NCBI GenBank assembly: GCA_002704755.1
Contig: PAHC01000011.1
Location: 66,780 to 130,779 of the forward strand
DNA length: 64,000 nt
Direction: 5' to 3'
Origin: Rhodobiaceae bacterium
GTDB taxonomy: Bacteria; Pseudomonadota; Alphaproteobacteria; Rhizobiales; TMED25
Shown: piece by piece, positions 54,257-63,500 of the stretch
Layout of the letters: every line of letters starts with the position of its first letter
Position numbering within the stretch: the stretch's first letter is position 1
The notes under the pieces: generated by a model
The model's input: the letters and a program-made list of their open reading frames with translations, nothing else
Told to the model about the DNA's origin: nothing
Database searches by the model: none
Position numbers and translations under genes: made by a program

Positions 54257-55394
54257 CTAATTTCCCTGAATATAATAATCGATCAATGTATATTGAACAA
54301 CCAACTGCAGGTATTGGTTTTGTTGAACCCAATTCTTCAAAAATTTTATCATACCTACCGCCAATCGCTATTGGGTCGCTTATTGGTGTTTTTGTGTTGT
54401 TTATTTCAAAAATTAAACCAGTGTAATATTCAGCTTTTCGTGATAAATTTGTTTTAAATTGAATATTATCTAGAGGTATATTTATATCCTTAAGGGATTT
54501 AATTCGATTTTCCAACTCAATGATTGTATTTTTAAGATCAAGAGTATACTTATCCGCAAACTCTGATAGTTCAATGATACAACTATTGATATCACCTGTT
54601 ATTGATAAAAATTCAGAAATTTCATTGATTGTTTTTTGATCTATCTCACTTGTGTTATTTGACTCTAATTTATCCAAATAATTATTTACGATTTCATCTG
54701 GTTCCCTGCCAGAAAATATTGAAACATTTTCTTCTCCTAGTAATGACTCAATAAACCTAGTGCTGCCCAATGATCCATTTTTGTACTGAGCAATCAAGTC
54801 TTCATGTTTTCCTGCATCAAACTGTCTTTTAATTAGTGTCTGAAGAGCATCTTTAATTTTGACATTATCAAGACCATTCCAATATAAACGTATTATTTTA
54901 TTAAACAGATATTTGCTGAGATTTAAGTTTTCTAAAAATTGATAAAATATTGATACATCACTAATTGTAATCCCCAGATCAAAACCGCTAAAGTCAGATA
55001 AAACTTCATAGACATGTGATATAATTTCAACTTCCGATTCAATCTTTTTTTCACTGCCAAAATTTTCTATCCCAATTTGTCTAAATTCTGGACAAGTACG
55101 TGTTTTTTCATTTTTCGTAGGAAAACGGAATGCATAACCATCATAAACGTATTTATTATCATGTATTTCATTATTTTTATAACTTATTGCAAGAGGCAGT
55201 GTGAAATCCGGACGAAGACAAATTTCTTTCCCATCAGGTGAATTGGATAGTAGTAATCTATTCCTGACGTCTTCACCCATAAAATTCATAACAATGTCCG
55301 CATCTATTGTCATTGAAGGATTATATAAATTGTATCCCTCTTTGATAAAACATTCTCTTATACTTGCGGGATCTTTGTTAACTATTTTAATCAT
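54249..55394 (-). CDS. hisZ: ATP phosphoribosyltransferase regulatory subunit HisZ
   Basis: 381 aa HisRS paralogue (LRPDFTLPLA, YYTGLIFE, GGRYD) without an anticodon-binding domain. It sits between hisS and hisG with 4-nt and 8-nt overlaps. Confidence 0.85.
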   Translation of the reverse strand: MIKIVNKDPASIRECFIKEGYNLYNPSMTIDADIVMNFMGEDVRNRLLLSNSPDGKEICLRPDFTLPLAISYKNNEIHDNKYVYDGYAFRFPTKNEKTRTCPEFRQIGIENFGSEKKIESEVEIISHVYEVLSDFSGFDLGITISDVSIFYQFLENLNLSKYLFNKIIRLYWNGLDNVKIKDALQTLIKRQFDAGKHEDLIAQYKNGSLGSTRFIESLLGEENVSIFSGREPDEIVNNYLDKLESNNTSEIDQKTINEISEFLSITGDINSCIIELSEFADKYTLDLKNTIIELENRIKSLKDINIPLDNIQFKTNLSRKAEYYTGLIFEINNTKTPISDPIAIGGRYDKIFEELGSTKPIPAVGCSIYIDRLLYSGKLDG

Positions 55395-56881
55395 GTTTTT
55401 TTATCTATTTCTGAGACGATTTCAGAAATCTTATTTACAACTTGATCCCTATTTATCTCAAATTGAATTTCATCGTTATTTATCCATTGATCACGATTCT
55501 CAATCATATTCGATATTTCTTTTCCTTTGATCAAATTCTTTACTGTTACTATCCCCATCTCCCTTTCATTAGTTCCTTCAATAATGACGAGTGGTGAGTT
55601 TCGTCTATCAGCATATTTCATTTGTGCTTTCATGCCAGAGCTACCAAGATAAACTTCAGCAGAAATTCCTTTTTCACGAATTTCTGTTGCGATCTGATAG
55701 TAACTTTGCTGGTATTCTTTATCCATATTCAAGATTAAGACAGGTCCATAATTATCTTCAAATTTATCAAAGTTTGCCATTTTTAAAACAGTCACCAAAC
55801 GACTCACACCAATTGAAAAACCACTTGCAGCCACCTGATCTTTTCTAAACCTGGAAATTAACTTATCATACCTACCACCTCCGCCAACAGATCCAATAAT
55901 AGGCATTTCTTCTTTCTTTTTTTCATCTAACACAATATTGGTCTCGAATATTGTTCCTGTATAATACTCCAATCCTCTGACTATAGTTCCATCGAATGAA
56001 ATTTCTTGGTTATAACCTAATTCACTTAGTAATTTATCTATTCCAATTAACTCATCTATGGCTATTGGTCCTTGCTCTGTTTTGGATATTATTTCTTTTG
56101 TCTGATTAATAAAGTCATTCCTGGCAGTTGATCCGATTGATATGAAGTTTAGAATTTTCTCAATACTTCTTTTCGATAATTGAGCACCCTTTGTGTAATC
56201 ACCAGACTCGTCTTTTCTACCTTCTGATAATAATTTTTCAACGCCACTTATACCAACGCGGTCTAGTTTATCAATTGCCCGAAATATTGTGAGTCTTCTA
56301 TTTTCATCAATATCATCATCTATTTTAATCAACTCTATGATTGCATCTAATAGCTTACGATTTGAAACTTTAATGTTAAAATTTTGTTCGCTAAGCCCAA
56401 GTGATCTCATTGAGTCAGTTGCTAACATTAATAGTTCAGCATCAACTATATAGTTATCTGATCCAATGATATCTGCATCTAATTGCAAGAACTCCCTGTA
56501 TCTGCCAGGTCCAGGCTTCTCATTACGCCATACACTCCCAAATTGATATCTTTTATAAGGTTTGGTAATTTGATCATAATTTTCTGACACAAATCTTGCC
56601 AAAGGTGCTGTCAAATCATACCTCAGTGAAAGCCATTTCTCATCATCATCCTGGAAAGAGAATACGCCTGCATTTGGTCGTTCTGAGTCTGGTAAGAATT
56701 TACCTAACGTATCACTAAATTCAAAAGCAGGAGTTGATAGTTCTTCAAAACCATACGACTCATAGACTTTAGTAATTCTAGAAACTATATTTTTAATTTC
56801 TCGTAGCTCAGAACCATAAACATCACGCTGACCTCTGGGTAAAGAGGCTTTGATTATATTATTTGAATTACTTCCAGACAT
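55391..56881 (-). CDS. hisS: histidyl-tRNA synthetase
   Basis: 496 aa class II aaRS with LRYDLTAPLARF, FGSVWRNEKPGPGRYREFLQLDADIIG, GGGRYD and a C-terminal anticodon-binding domain. Confidence 0.93.
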   Translation of the reverse strand: MSGSNSNNIIKASLPRGQRDVYGSELREIKNIVSRITKVYESYGFEELSTPAFEFSDTLGKFLPDSERPNAGVFSFQDDDEKWLSLRYDLTAPLARFVSENYDQITKPYKRYQFGSVWRNEKPGPGRYREFLQLDADIIGSDNYIVDAELLMLATDSMRSLGLSEQNFNIKVSNRKLLDAIIELIKIDDDIDENRRLTIFRAIDKLDRVGISGVEKLLSEGRKDESGDYTKGAQLSKRSIEKILNFISIGSTARNDFINQTKEIISKTEQGPIAIDELIGIDKLLSELGYNQEISFDGTIVRGLEYYTGTIFETNIVLDEKKKEEMPIIGSVGGGGRYDKLISRFRKDQVAASGFSIGVSRLVTVLKMANFDKFEDNYGPVLILNMDKEYQQSYYQIATEIREKGISAEVYLGSSGMKAQMKYADRRNSPLVIIEGTNEREMGIVTVKNLIKGKEISNMIENRDQWINNDEIQFEINRDQVVNKISEIVSEIDKKT

Positions 56882-57111
56882 TTCAAAAATACCTAAGTGT
56901 TATTAGTAAAGTTCAAGATCCAATGATGAATTTTGAAATTATACTAGATTATTATTTTTACAAGAAAATTATTAAAATAATAATAACGCAGTATTTCATA
57001 TTTTATTAGAATAAATTTCTATTCAGGAAATTTTAATTATTGATATTAGAATATTTTTTCATTATTATATACAAATTGGTAATTTTTTCTAAAATAATTA
57101 ATTGTGTGAAC

Positions 57112-57612
57112 ATGGCGGCAAAATTAGATAAAATCGATCGCAAAATACTCAATCTTCTTCAAGAAGACTGTACTATTGCTGTATCTGAAATCTCAGCGAA
57201 GGTAGCTCTATCCTCTACCCCATGTTGGAGACGGATACAAAGGATGGAAAAAGAGGGCATCATATCAAAAAGGGTTGCACTTCTTGATCCAAAAAAAATC
57301 AATGCGGAAGTAACAGCATTTGTTGCAATTAAGACTAATCAGCATAATAATCAATGGCTCGCTGAATTCAAAAAAATTGTAAATTATTTTCCTGAAGTTG
57401 TTGAATTTTACCGCATGGCTGGAGATATAGATTATCTATTAAGAGTTGTAGTTCCAGATATATCTGCTTTTGATAGGTTTTATAAAAATTTAATTGAACG
57501 CATTGACCTGACAGATGTATCTACTAGTTTTTCAATGGAGCAAATCAAATACACAACATCTCTTCCATTAAATTATACTGAAGAGGTGGCAAATACAGAT
57601 GCAAACTCCTAA
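57112..57612 (+). CDS. Lrp/AsnC family transcriptional regulator
   Basis: HTH LDKIDRKILNLLQEDCTIAVSEISAKVALSSTPCWRRIQRMEKEGII followed by a RAM/AsnC_trans_reg domain. I prefer ATG 57112, because the track extension from 57040 is hydrophobic AT-rich read-through. Confidence 0.85.
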   Translation: MAAKLDKIDRKILNLLQEDCTIAVSEISAKVALSSTPCWRRIQRMEKEGIISKRVALLDPKKINAEVTAFVAIKTNQHNNQWLAEFKKIVNYFPEVVEFYRMAGDIDYLLRVVVPDISAFDRFYKNLIERIDLTDVSTSFSMEQIKYTTSLPLNYTEEVANTDANS

Positions 57613-58641
57613 TTAACCTCCAGTGACCGACATATGCCTATCTACTGCAGGTTTCTTATGATTTTCATCAATTATAAAATTGTGACTTTTTGGTTTTAAA
57701 TTAATAGACTTATGGATCAAATTGATTATCTCTTGATCTGATGCATTACCTCTCATCATTTTATTAAAATCCATAGAGTCATCTTGCCCAAGACACATAT
57801 ACATCTTTCCTGTGCAAGTTATCCTAACTCTATTACAATCAGCACAAAAATTATTACTAAGGGGCGTTATCAGACCTAAAATACCACCAGTCTCTTTGCA
57901 ATCATAATATCTTGATGGACCACCGGTCTTGTAATCAGATGAAGTAAGAGTAAATTCACTATCCAATCGCTTCTTATATTCAGTAAGAGGAAGATAGTTT
58001 TCTGTTCTATCTCCATCAATATCACCCATGGGCATCGTTTCAATTAAAGTCATGTCCATATTATTTGAGTGAGCCCAGCGTATCATTGATGGGATTTCAT
58101 GGTCATTAACCCCCTTCAATGCAACAGTATTTAGTTTGACTCTAATACCTGCCTCTTGAGCATGCGCAATACCTTCAAGAACCTGTCCTAAATCACCCCA
58201 TCTAGTTATTTTTTTGAATGTATTATGATCAAGTGAGTCAATAGATACATTTATCCTTCTTATATTATTTTCGAAAAGATCAGAGGCATACTTTTTTAAC
58301 TGACTGCCATTTGTTGTAATTGTGACTTCTTCTAAATTTGATCTACCAATTTTATCAGAAAGGCTTTCTATCAACCACATGATATTTTTTCTTACAAGCG
58401 GTTCACCGCCAGTAAGCCTAATTTTTTTAATACCACATTCAATAAAAATTGATGCCAATCTATAGAGCTCTTCAAGAGTTAACAAATCAGCCTTTGGCAT
58501 AAATGTCATATTTTCAGCCATGCAGTAAACACAACGAAAATCACAACGATCAGTTACAGAAATTCGTAGATAATTAATGGATCGTTCAAATGGATCCATT
58601 AAGATATTTTTATTTGATGAAATGGTGTTGTTTTCTAACAT
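57613..58641 (-). CDS. moaA: GTP 3',8-cyclase (molybdenum cofactor biosynthesis protein A)
   Basis: 342 aa radical SAM enzyme with CDFRCVYC, a second C-terminal cluster (CADCNRVRITCTG) and a terminal GG. Confidence 0.93.
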   Translation of the reverse strand: MLENNTISSNKNILMDPFERSINYLRISVTDRCDFRCVYCMAENMTFMPKADLLTLEELYRLASIFIECGIKKIRLTGGEPLVRKNIMWLIESLSDKIGRSNLEEVTITTNGSQLKKYASDLFENNIRRINVSIDSLDHNTFKKITRWGDLGQVLEGIAHAQEAGIRVKLNTVALKGVNDHEIPSMIRWAHSNNMDMTLIETMPMGDIDGDRTENYLPLTEYKKRLDSEFTLTSSDYKTGGPSRYYDCKETGGILGLITPLSNNFCADCNRVRITCTGKMYMCLGQDDSMDFNKMMRGNASDQEIINLIHKSINLKPKSHNFIIDENHKKPAVDRHMSVTGG

Positions 58642-58724
58642 CGGAATATCATAACAAAGTTCTTGTATTAAATAAATTCAATTTATATGATACTGCTTAT
58701 TGATTGATTATGTAAGTGAATATT

Positions 58725-59429
58725 ATGGCAAATAATAAAGTATTTCAAAACGCACATGATGCAATGCAGGGTATACTTTTTGATGGTATGACAATATTAT
58801 CAGGAGGTTTTGGGATTTGTGGAATTGCTGAAAATATTACCGAAGAAATTAAAGCTAGTAAAGTTCAAGGATTAACAGTTGTATCAAATAATTGCGGGAT
58901 TGATGGTTTTGGACTCGGTACCCTACTTCATACACGTCAAATTAAGAAAATGATTTCTTCATATGTTGGTGAAAACAAAACTTTTGAAGAACAATACTTA
59001 AAAGGTGAATTAGAACTTGAATTTTCACCTCAAGGTACCTTAGCCGAAAGATGTAGAGCTGGTGGTGCCGGTATTCCTGCTTTTTATACAAAAACCGGAG
59101 TGGGAACGATCATTGCAGAAAGTAAGGAAACGAAAATAATTGATGGGGTTGAATATCTTCTTGAAAAAGCAATTAGAGGTGATTTATCAATTATCAAAGC
59201 CTGGAAGGGTGATGAGTCAGGTAATTTAGTATTTAGAAAAGCAGCCAGAAACTTCAATCCACCAATGGCAAAAGCAGGGAATATTTGCATAGTAGAGGTA
59301 GAACAACTTGTTAAGACTGGAGAGTTAGACCCCGATCATATACATCTCCCTGGCATATATGTAGATAGAATATTTGAAGGTAAATATACTGAAAAGAAAA
59401 TTGAATTCGTAACTCTAAGAGAAAAATAA
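58725..59429 (+). CDS. scoA: 3-oxoacid CoA-transferase subunit A
   Basis: SGGFGICGIAE, SNNCG and YVGENK motifs. I prefer ATG 58725 over GTG 58716. Confidence 0.9.
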   Translation: MANNKVFQNAHDAMQGILFDGMTILSGGFGICGIAENITEEIKASKVQGLTVVSNNCGIDGFGLGTLLHTRQIKKMISSYVGENKTFEEQYLKGELELEFSPQGTLAERCRAGGAGIPAFYTKTGVGTIIAESKETKIIDGVEYLLEKAIRGDLSIIKAWKGDESGNLVFRKAARNFNPPMAKAGNICIVEVEQLVKTGELDPDHIHLPGIYVDRIFEGKYTEKKIEFVTLREK

Positions 59430-59439
59430 TAGGTAGATC

Positions 59440-60069
59440 ATGGCATGGACAAGAGAAGATATTTGTAGAGTTGCTGCACTAGAACTCAAGGATGGCTATT
59501 ATTGCAATCTTGGGATTGGTATGCCAACAAAGGTTGCAAATTATATCCCAGATAATATTAATGTGACACTGCAATCAGAAAATGGAATGCTTGGAATGGG
59601 GCCCTTTCCCCTAGAGAATGAAGTGGATGCAGATATTATAAATGCAGGAAAACAAACAATAACAGAGTTACCAGAAACCTCATATTTTGATAGCTCTGAG
59701 TCATTTGCTATGATCAGAGGTGGTCACATTGATTTATCTATACTAGGTGCTTTGCAAGTGTCTGAAAAAGGTGACCTCGCTAATTGGATGATACCAGGTA
59801 AGATGGTAAAAGGCATGGGCGGCGCAATGGATTTAGTTGCTGGGGTAAAAAAGGTACTAATATTGATGGAACATACAGCAAAAGATGGACAACCCAAACT
59901 TCTAAAAGAATGTACACTTCCTTTAACAGGAAAATCTGTTGTAGATACAGTAATCACAGAACTTGGAAAATTTGATATTACATCCAATGGAGTTGAAATT
60001 AAAGAACTAGCTCCCCACGTGACACTTGACGAAATTAAAGCAAAAACTGAAGCGAAGGTCTTAATTTAA
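59440..60069 (+). CDS. scoB: 3-oxoacid CoA-transferase subunit B
   Basis: 209 aa with active-site glutamate motif QSENGMLGMGP and GGAMDLV. Confidence 0.9.
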   Translation: MAWTREDICRVAALELKDGYYCNLGIGMPTKVANYIPDNINVTLQSENGMLGMGPFPLENEVDADIINAGKQTITELPETSYFDSSESFAMIRGGHIDLSILGALQVSEKGDLANWMIPGKMVKGMGGAMDLVAGVKKVLILMEHTAKDGQPKLLKECTLPLTGKSVVDTVITELGKFDITSNGVEIKELAPHVTLDEIKAKTEAKVLI

Positions 60070-61742
60070 TCTTTTCTACCCCTATTAAGCTCTCGATTAA
60101 TTAGTATGATTGGGAAAAGTCCTGCAACTACAATCGTCATTGCTGGTAACGAAGCGCTTCCAATATCTGATAGAGATGCATAAGTGTAAACATTAGTCGC
60201 TAATGTATCAAAGTTAAATGGCCTCAATATCAACGTGGCTGGCAATTCTTTCATTGAGTCAACAAAGACTAATAATGCTGACATAATAAGCGCAGGTTTT
60301 ATAATTGGAAGCTGAATATTTATCAATGTTGAAAGTTTTGATTTTCCAAGTAAACGTGAAGCAGCTGTAATGTCAGGATTTAATGTTGTAAATCCAGACT
60401 CTATTGTGCCAAAAGATATTGTAAGAAAGCGCACAACATACGCATAAATAATTGCCATCAATGTTCCCGAGAAAATTAATCCAATTGTTATATTTAAGTG
60501 TTGACCAAATATATTTCTAAGAGCGCCATCGACTGCGACTAGTGGTACAATTACTCCTATAGCGAGAACAACACCTGGTAATGCATAACCAAGTCTGGAT
60601 ATGGTCACTGAAAGTCTAATAATTATATTATTTGATGTAGTGTGAGTATTTACAAGGAATATCCCTAGGATTGTTGTCAAAATTGCAGCACATATTGATA
60701 AAAATAGGGAATTAAAGAGTAAGTTTGCGTATTCAAGTAACTCAACCTCTAATATACGTTCTAAAATAAAATCAAACAAAACAAGAGATGGCAACAAAAA
60801 CCCTATTAGAACCGGAAGAATACAAAACATCATTACCAAAACCAACCTACCCTTGGTCAATTTTATTCTATTCGCGCTTATTTGTTTCTTGTTATTTTGA
60901 GTAAATGATCTTTTTTTTCTGAGACCCTTCTCGATCATCATTAATAAAAATACGAATAATAACATAAAAATTGCAATCTGGGCGGCACCACCGAGGTTAT
61001 TTTTCCCAAGCCAGGTAATGTAAACACCAACACTAAGAGTATCAACACCAAAATACTCAAATGCCGCAAATTCATTCATTGTTTCCATAATAACTAAAAT
61101 CAATCCAATTATTATTGCAGGCCTCGCCATCGGCAATGCTATGTGAAAGAAACTATAGAGGGAAGACTTACCAAGAATCGAACTCATTTCAATTAGAGTG
61201 ATTGATTGTCGAAGAAATGCCGCACGGGACGTTATATAAATGTATGGATAAAGTACAAATGCCATTATGAAAATTGATCCCCCAATGGAGTAGATATCTG
61301 GAAACCAATAATCTTTGATGGAGTCCCACCCAAACAAAAACCTCAACTTAGATTGAACAAATCCTGTGTAATCTAGGAAATCACCATAGGTATAAGCAAC
61401 AATATAAGCTGGCATTGCTAGAGGAAGTAGGCATAGCCACTCCATAATCCTTCTGAAGGGAAATTCATAAACAGTAATAATCCAAGCCAAGCTAACGCCA
61501 ATCAACAATGTGATGATAGATACACCAGATATGACAATAACAGTTGTAATTATATAACCAGGAAGAACAGTCGAAGCTAAATGAGTCCAGATATTATCAT
61601 CTGCCGAAAAAGCTATATAAAATATTGCCAGTATTGGTATCGCAATTATAGATGCAACAAAAAGGGCTCCCAAAGTTTCTAGAAACTCTTTTTGATAGAA
61701 AAATTTGTTAAAGATAGCTCTCATGAATAACTGCCATACCAT
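60066..61742 (-). CDS. Fe(3+)-type ABC transporter permease (duplicated two-domain permease)
   Basis: 558 aa with about 12 TM helices and two BPD_transp_1-type repeats, each carrying an EAA-like loop. It lies directly downstream of the Fe(3+) binding-protein gene. Confidence 0.85.
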   Translation of the reverse strand: MVWQLFMRAIFNKFFYQKEFLETLGALFVASIIAIPILAIFYIAFSADDNIWTHLASTVLPGYIITTVIVISGVSIITLLIGVSLAWIITVYEFPFRRIMEWLCLLPLAMPAYIVAYTYGDFLDYTGFVQSKLRFLFGWDSIKDYWFPDIYSIGGSIFIMAFVLYPYIYITSRAAFLRQSITLIEMSSILGKSSLYSFFHIALPMARPAIIIGLILVIMETMNEFAAFEYFGVDTLSVGVYITWLGKNNLGGAAQIAIFMLLFVFLLMMIEKGLRKKRSFTQNNKKQISANRIKLTKGRLVLVMMFCILPVLIGFLLPSLVLFDFILERILEVELLEYANLLFNSLFLSICAAILTTILGIFLVNTHTTSNNIIIRLSVTISRLGYALPGVVLAIGVIVPLVAVDGALRNIFGQHLNITIGLIFSGTLMAIIYAYVVRFLTISFGTIESGFTTLNPDITAASRLLGKSKLSTLINIQLPIIKPALIMSALLVFVDSMKELPATLILRPFNFDTLATNVYTYASLSDIGSASLPAMTIVVAGLFPIILINRELNRGRKD

Positions 61743-61782
61743 TTTAAAATTGAATTATCATATAGTTTTAAGACTTTAATAA

Positions 61783-62835
61783 CTACTCATCAAAACCTAC
61801 TAAATCAACTATTTTACTTGCCATTTCACGACCGTTTGCGATAGTTATTAGATCTAATGTGTCGGCATTTAGTTCACCGAAAGATGCTACCATATCTGAG
61901 ACACCAGCCCCTGCCCTCAGAGGATATTCATAATTTATATCAGCATACATTTCTTGGGCGACGTCTTCTGTTAAAAATTCTATAAGCCTTATACCATTCT
62001 CAAGGTTTGGAGCGTACTTTGCTAATACTGCTCCTGATAGGTTCATATGTGTGCCACGACCATCTGTATTAGGCATGATGATTTTGGTATTCGCAGCCCA
62101 TTTCTTCTGCTGTGGTTCTTTTTCATTTCTTCTCATCTCAGCCATATAGTAAGTATTACCTATTGATATATCACACTCACCAGAGTAAATGCCTTTTATT
62201 TGGTCTCTGTCATTACCTTGTGGTGTTCTAGCAAGGTTTGCTTTTAGACCCCTTAGCCAATTAGTTACCTCGATTTCACCATGATGGGCAATTAGAGATG
62301 AAAATAGGGCTAGATTATAAGCGTTTTGACCAGATCTTATACAAACTCTGCCCCTCCATTTTGGATCAGCTAATTCTTCATAAGTAATCTCATTTTCAAG
62401 AACACGATCTTTTGATGCGAATATAACTCGAGCTCTTGCAGTAAGACCAACCCAATGACCATTAGGATCACGGTATTGTGGAGGTATATTTGACTCAACA
62501 ATCCCTGATTGGAAAGAACGTGATACGCCACTATTTACAGCACTACTCAAACGTCCGATGTCAACTGTTAAAAGTACGTCCGCTGGGCTATTTTCTCCTT
62601 CTTGCACCATCTTATCAACAAGACCTTTTCCTGCAAATAAAACATTCACCTTTATTCCAGTTTCATCGGTAAATCTATTAAGAATTGGTTCAATCAAATA
62701 TGGTTGCCTGTATGAATATACATTCACCTCTTCATGGGGCTCCCCTAATGACCAAGCCTCTGCGTAAGTTGTATTTAGAATAAAAATTGTTATTGAGAAA
62801 AGTAGAATTTTTTTCATAAACCTCAACATTTTCAC
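61783..62835 (-). CDS. Fe(3+) ABC transporter periplasmic substrate-binding protein (FbpA/FutA family)
   Basis: 350 aa with a signal peptide, then VNVYSYRQPYLIEP, NSPADVLLTVD, GLTARARVI and the DPKWRGRVCIRSG block typical of ferric binding proteins. Start is GTG 62835, ATG 62829 or ATG 62817. Confidence 0.85.
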   Translation of the reverse strand: MKMLRFMKKILLFSITIFILNTTYAEAWSLGEPHEEVNVYSYRQPYLIEPILNRFTDETGIKVNVLFAGKGLVDKMVQEGENSPADVLLTVDIGRLSSAVNSGVSRSFQSGIVESNIPPQYRDPNGHWVGLTARARVIFASKDRVLENEITYEELADPKWRGRVCIRSGQNAYNLALFSSLIAHHGEIEVTNWLRGLKANLARTPQGNDRDQIKGIYSGECDISIGNTYYMAEMRRNEKEPQQKKWAANTKIIMPNTDGRGTHMNLSGAVLAKYAPNLENGIRLIEFLTEDVAQEMYADINYEYPLRAGAGVSDMVASFGELNADTLDLITIANGREMASKIVDLVGFDE

Positions 62836-62916
62836 CTAGTTTAGAATTATTATAATTTGATGTATGAAAAAATTTCACGCGGGAGAAATACGCTTAAACA
62901 AATGATATGTCAATAG

Positions 62917-63105
62917 CTATTTTTTTGTTTTTGTTAATATTTTTGCAGATGCAATTATTTCATTCGCAATTTCAATTGCATCATCCGGTGAGAAGTCGAG
63001 GGGCAAACTCACCTCATCATTTCTTATGAATATTCTGACCATGCCCTCTGAAGTTGGACCAACTTGTAAATCTGTTTCTTTATTATGCGATGAATTGATT
63101 CCCAT
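62917..63105 (-). CDS. hypothetical small protein
   Basis: 62-aa ORF with no recognisable motif. Coding status rests only on ORF length in an AT-rich (stop-rich) background. Confidence 0.35.
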   Translation of the reverse strand: MGINSSHNKETDLQVGPTSEGMVRIFIRNDEVSLPLDFSPDDAIEIANEIIASAKILTKTKK

Positions 63106-63200
63106 GTCTTGAACTTTCAGTAAAAATGATATAATTGTCTTGATATCAATTATTATACCTCTATTATTTTTTTTGGTATAGTTATTATTCGTTTGATTGT

Positions 63201-63277
63201 GCCGCTGTAGCTCAGTTGGTTAGAGCGCCTGATTGTGGATCAGGAGGTCCTTGGTTCGAATCCAAGCAGTGGTACCA
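63201..63277 (+). tRNA. tRNA-His (anticodon GTG), CCA encoded, no G at -1, discriminator A73
   Basis: Manual cloverleaf: acceptor GCCGCTG/CAGTGGT (two G-U pairs), D arm GCTC-AGTTGGTTA-GAGC, anticodon arm CCTGA-TTGTGGA-TCAGG, variable loop AGGTC, T arm CTTGG-TTCGAAT-CCAAG, then A73 and CCA. Confidence 0.93.
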
Positions 63278-63500
63278 AATTCTACTCAAACTGATTTAAC
63301 CTTATCTACATAGCCACAACGTTTTTAAACTGAAAATCATTTCTTACATTGATGATTCTACTTTATTCGTTGGGGGTATTGTATCATTGAGGTCATTCTA
63401 TAACAATGTGGGTTAAGAAACCACTCCCCGCCGACATAAAGAAAAATAACAAACTCCCATGATGCGTCTAACTTCGAATTAAAATTTTAGACAAATTAGC

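Noticed and set aside
57040-57111. 24-codon N-terminal extension of the Lrp/AsnC regulator in the ORF track (MILEYFFIIIYKLVIFSKIINCVN).
   Set aside because: It is a hydrophobic AT-rich read-through starting at TTG. Lrp-family proteins begin right at the LDxxDxxIL helix, which follows ATG 57112.
56882-57111. 230-nt divergent spacer between hisS and lrp, including a 28-codon ORF (MMNFEIILDYYFYKKIIKIIITQYFIFY).
   Set aside because: The sequence is almost pure A/T with no stable stems and the mini-ORF is low complexity. It is most simply two divergent promoters, possibly with Lrp autoregulatory sites that I cannot define by eye.
58642-58715. Possible Moco riboswitch upstream of moaA.
   Set aside because: The spacer is only 74 nt, is shared with the divergent scoA promoter and is AT-rich. 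It is too short and unstructured for the Moco RNA motif of about 130-140 nt.
63473-63479. TTCGAAT heptamer identical to the tRNA-His T-loop, considered as a remnant of a duplicated tRNA 3' end (att site).
   Set aside because: Only 7 nt match, the flanking T-stem and acceptor bases are not repeated, and this is within chance expectation.
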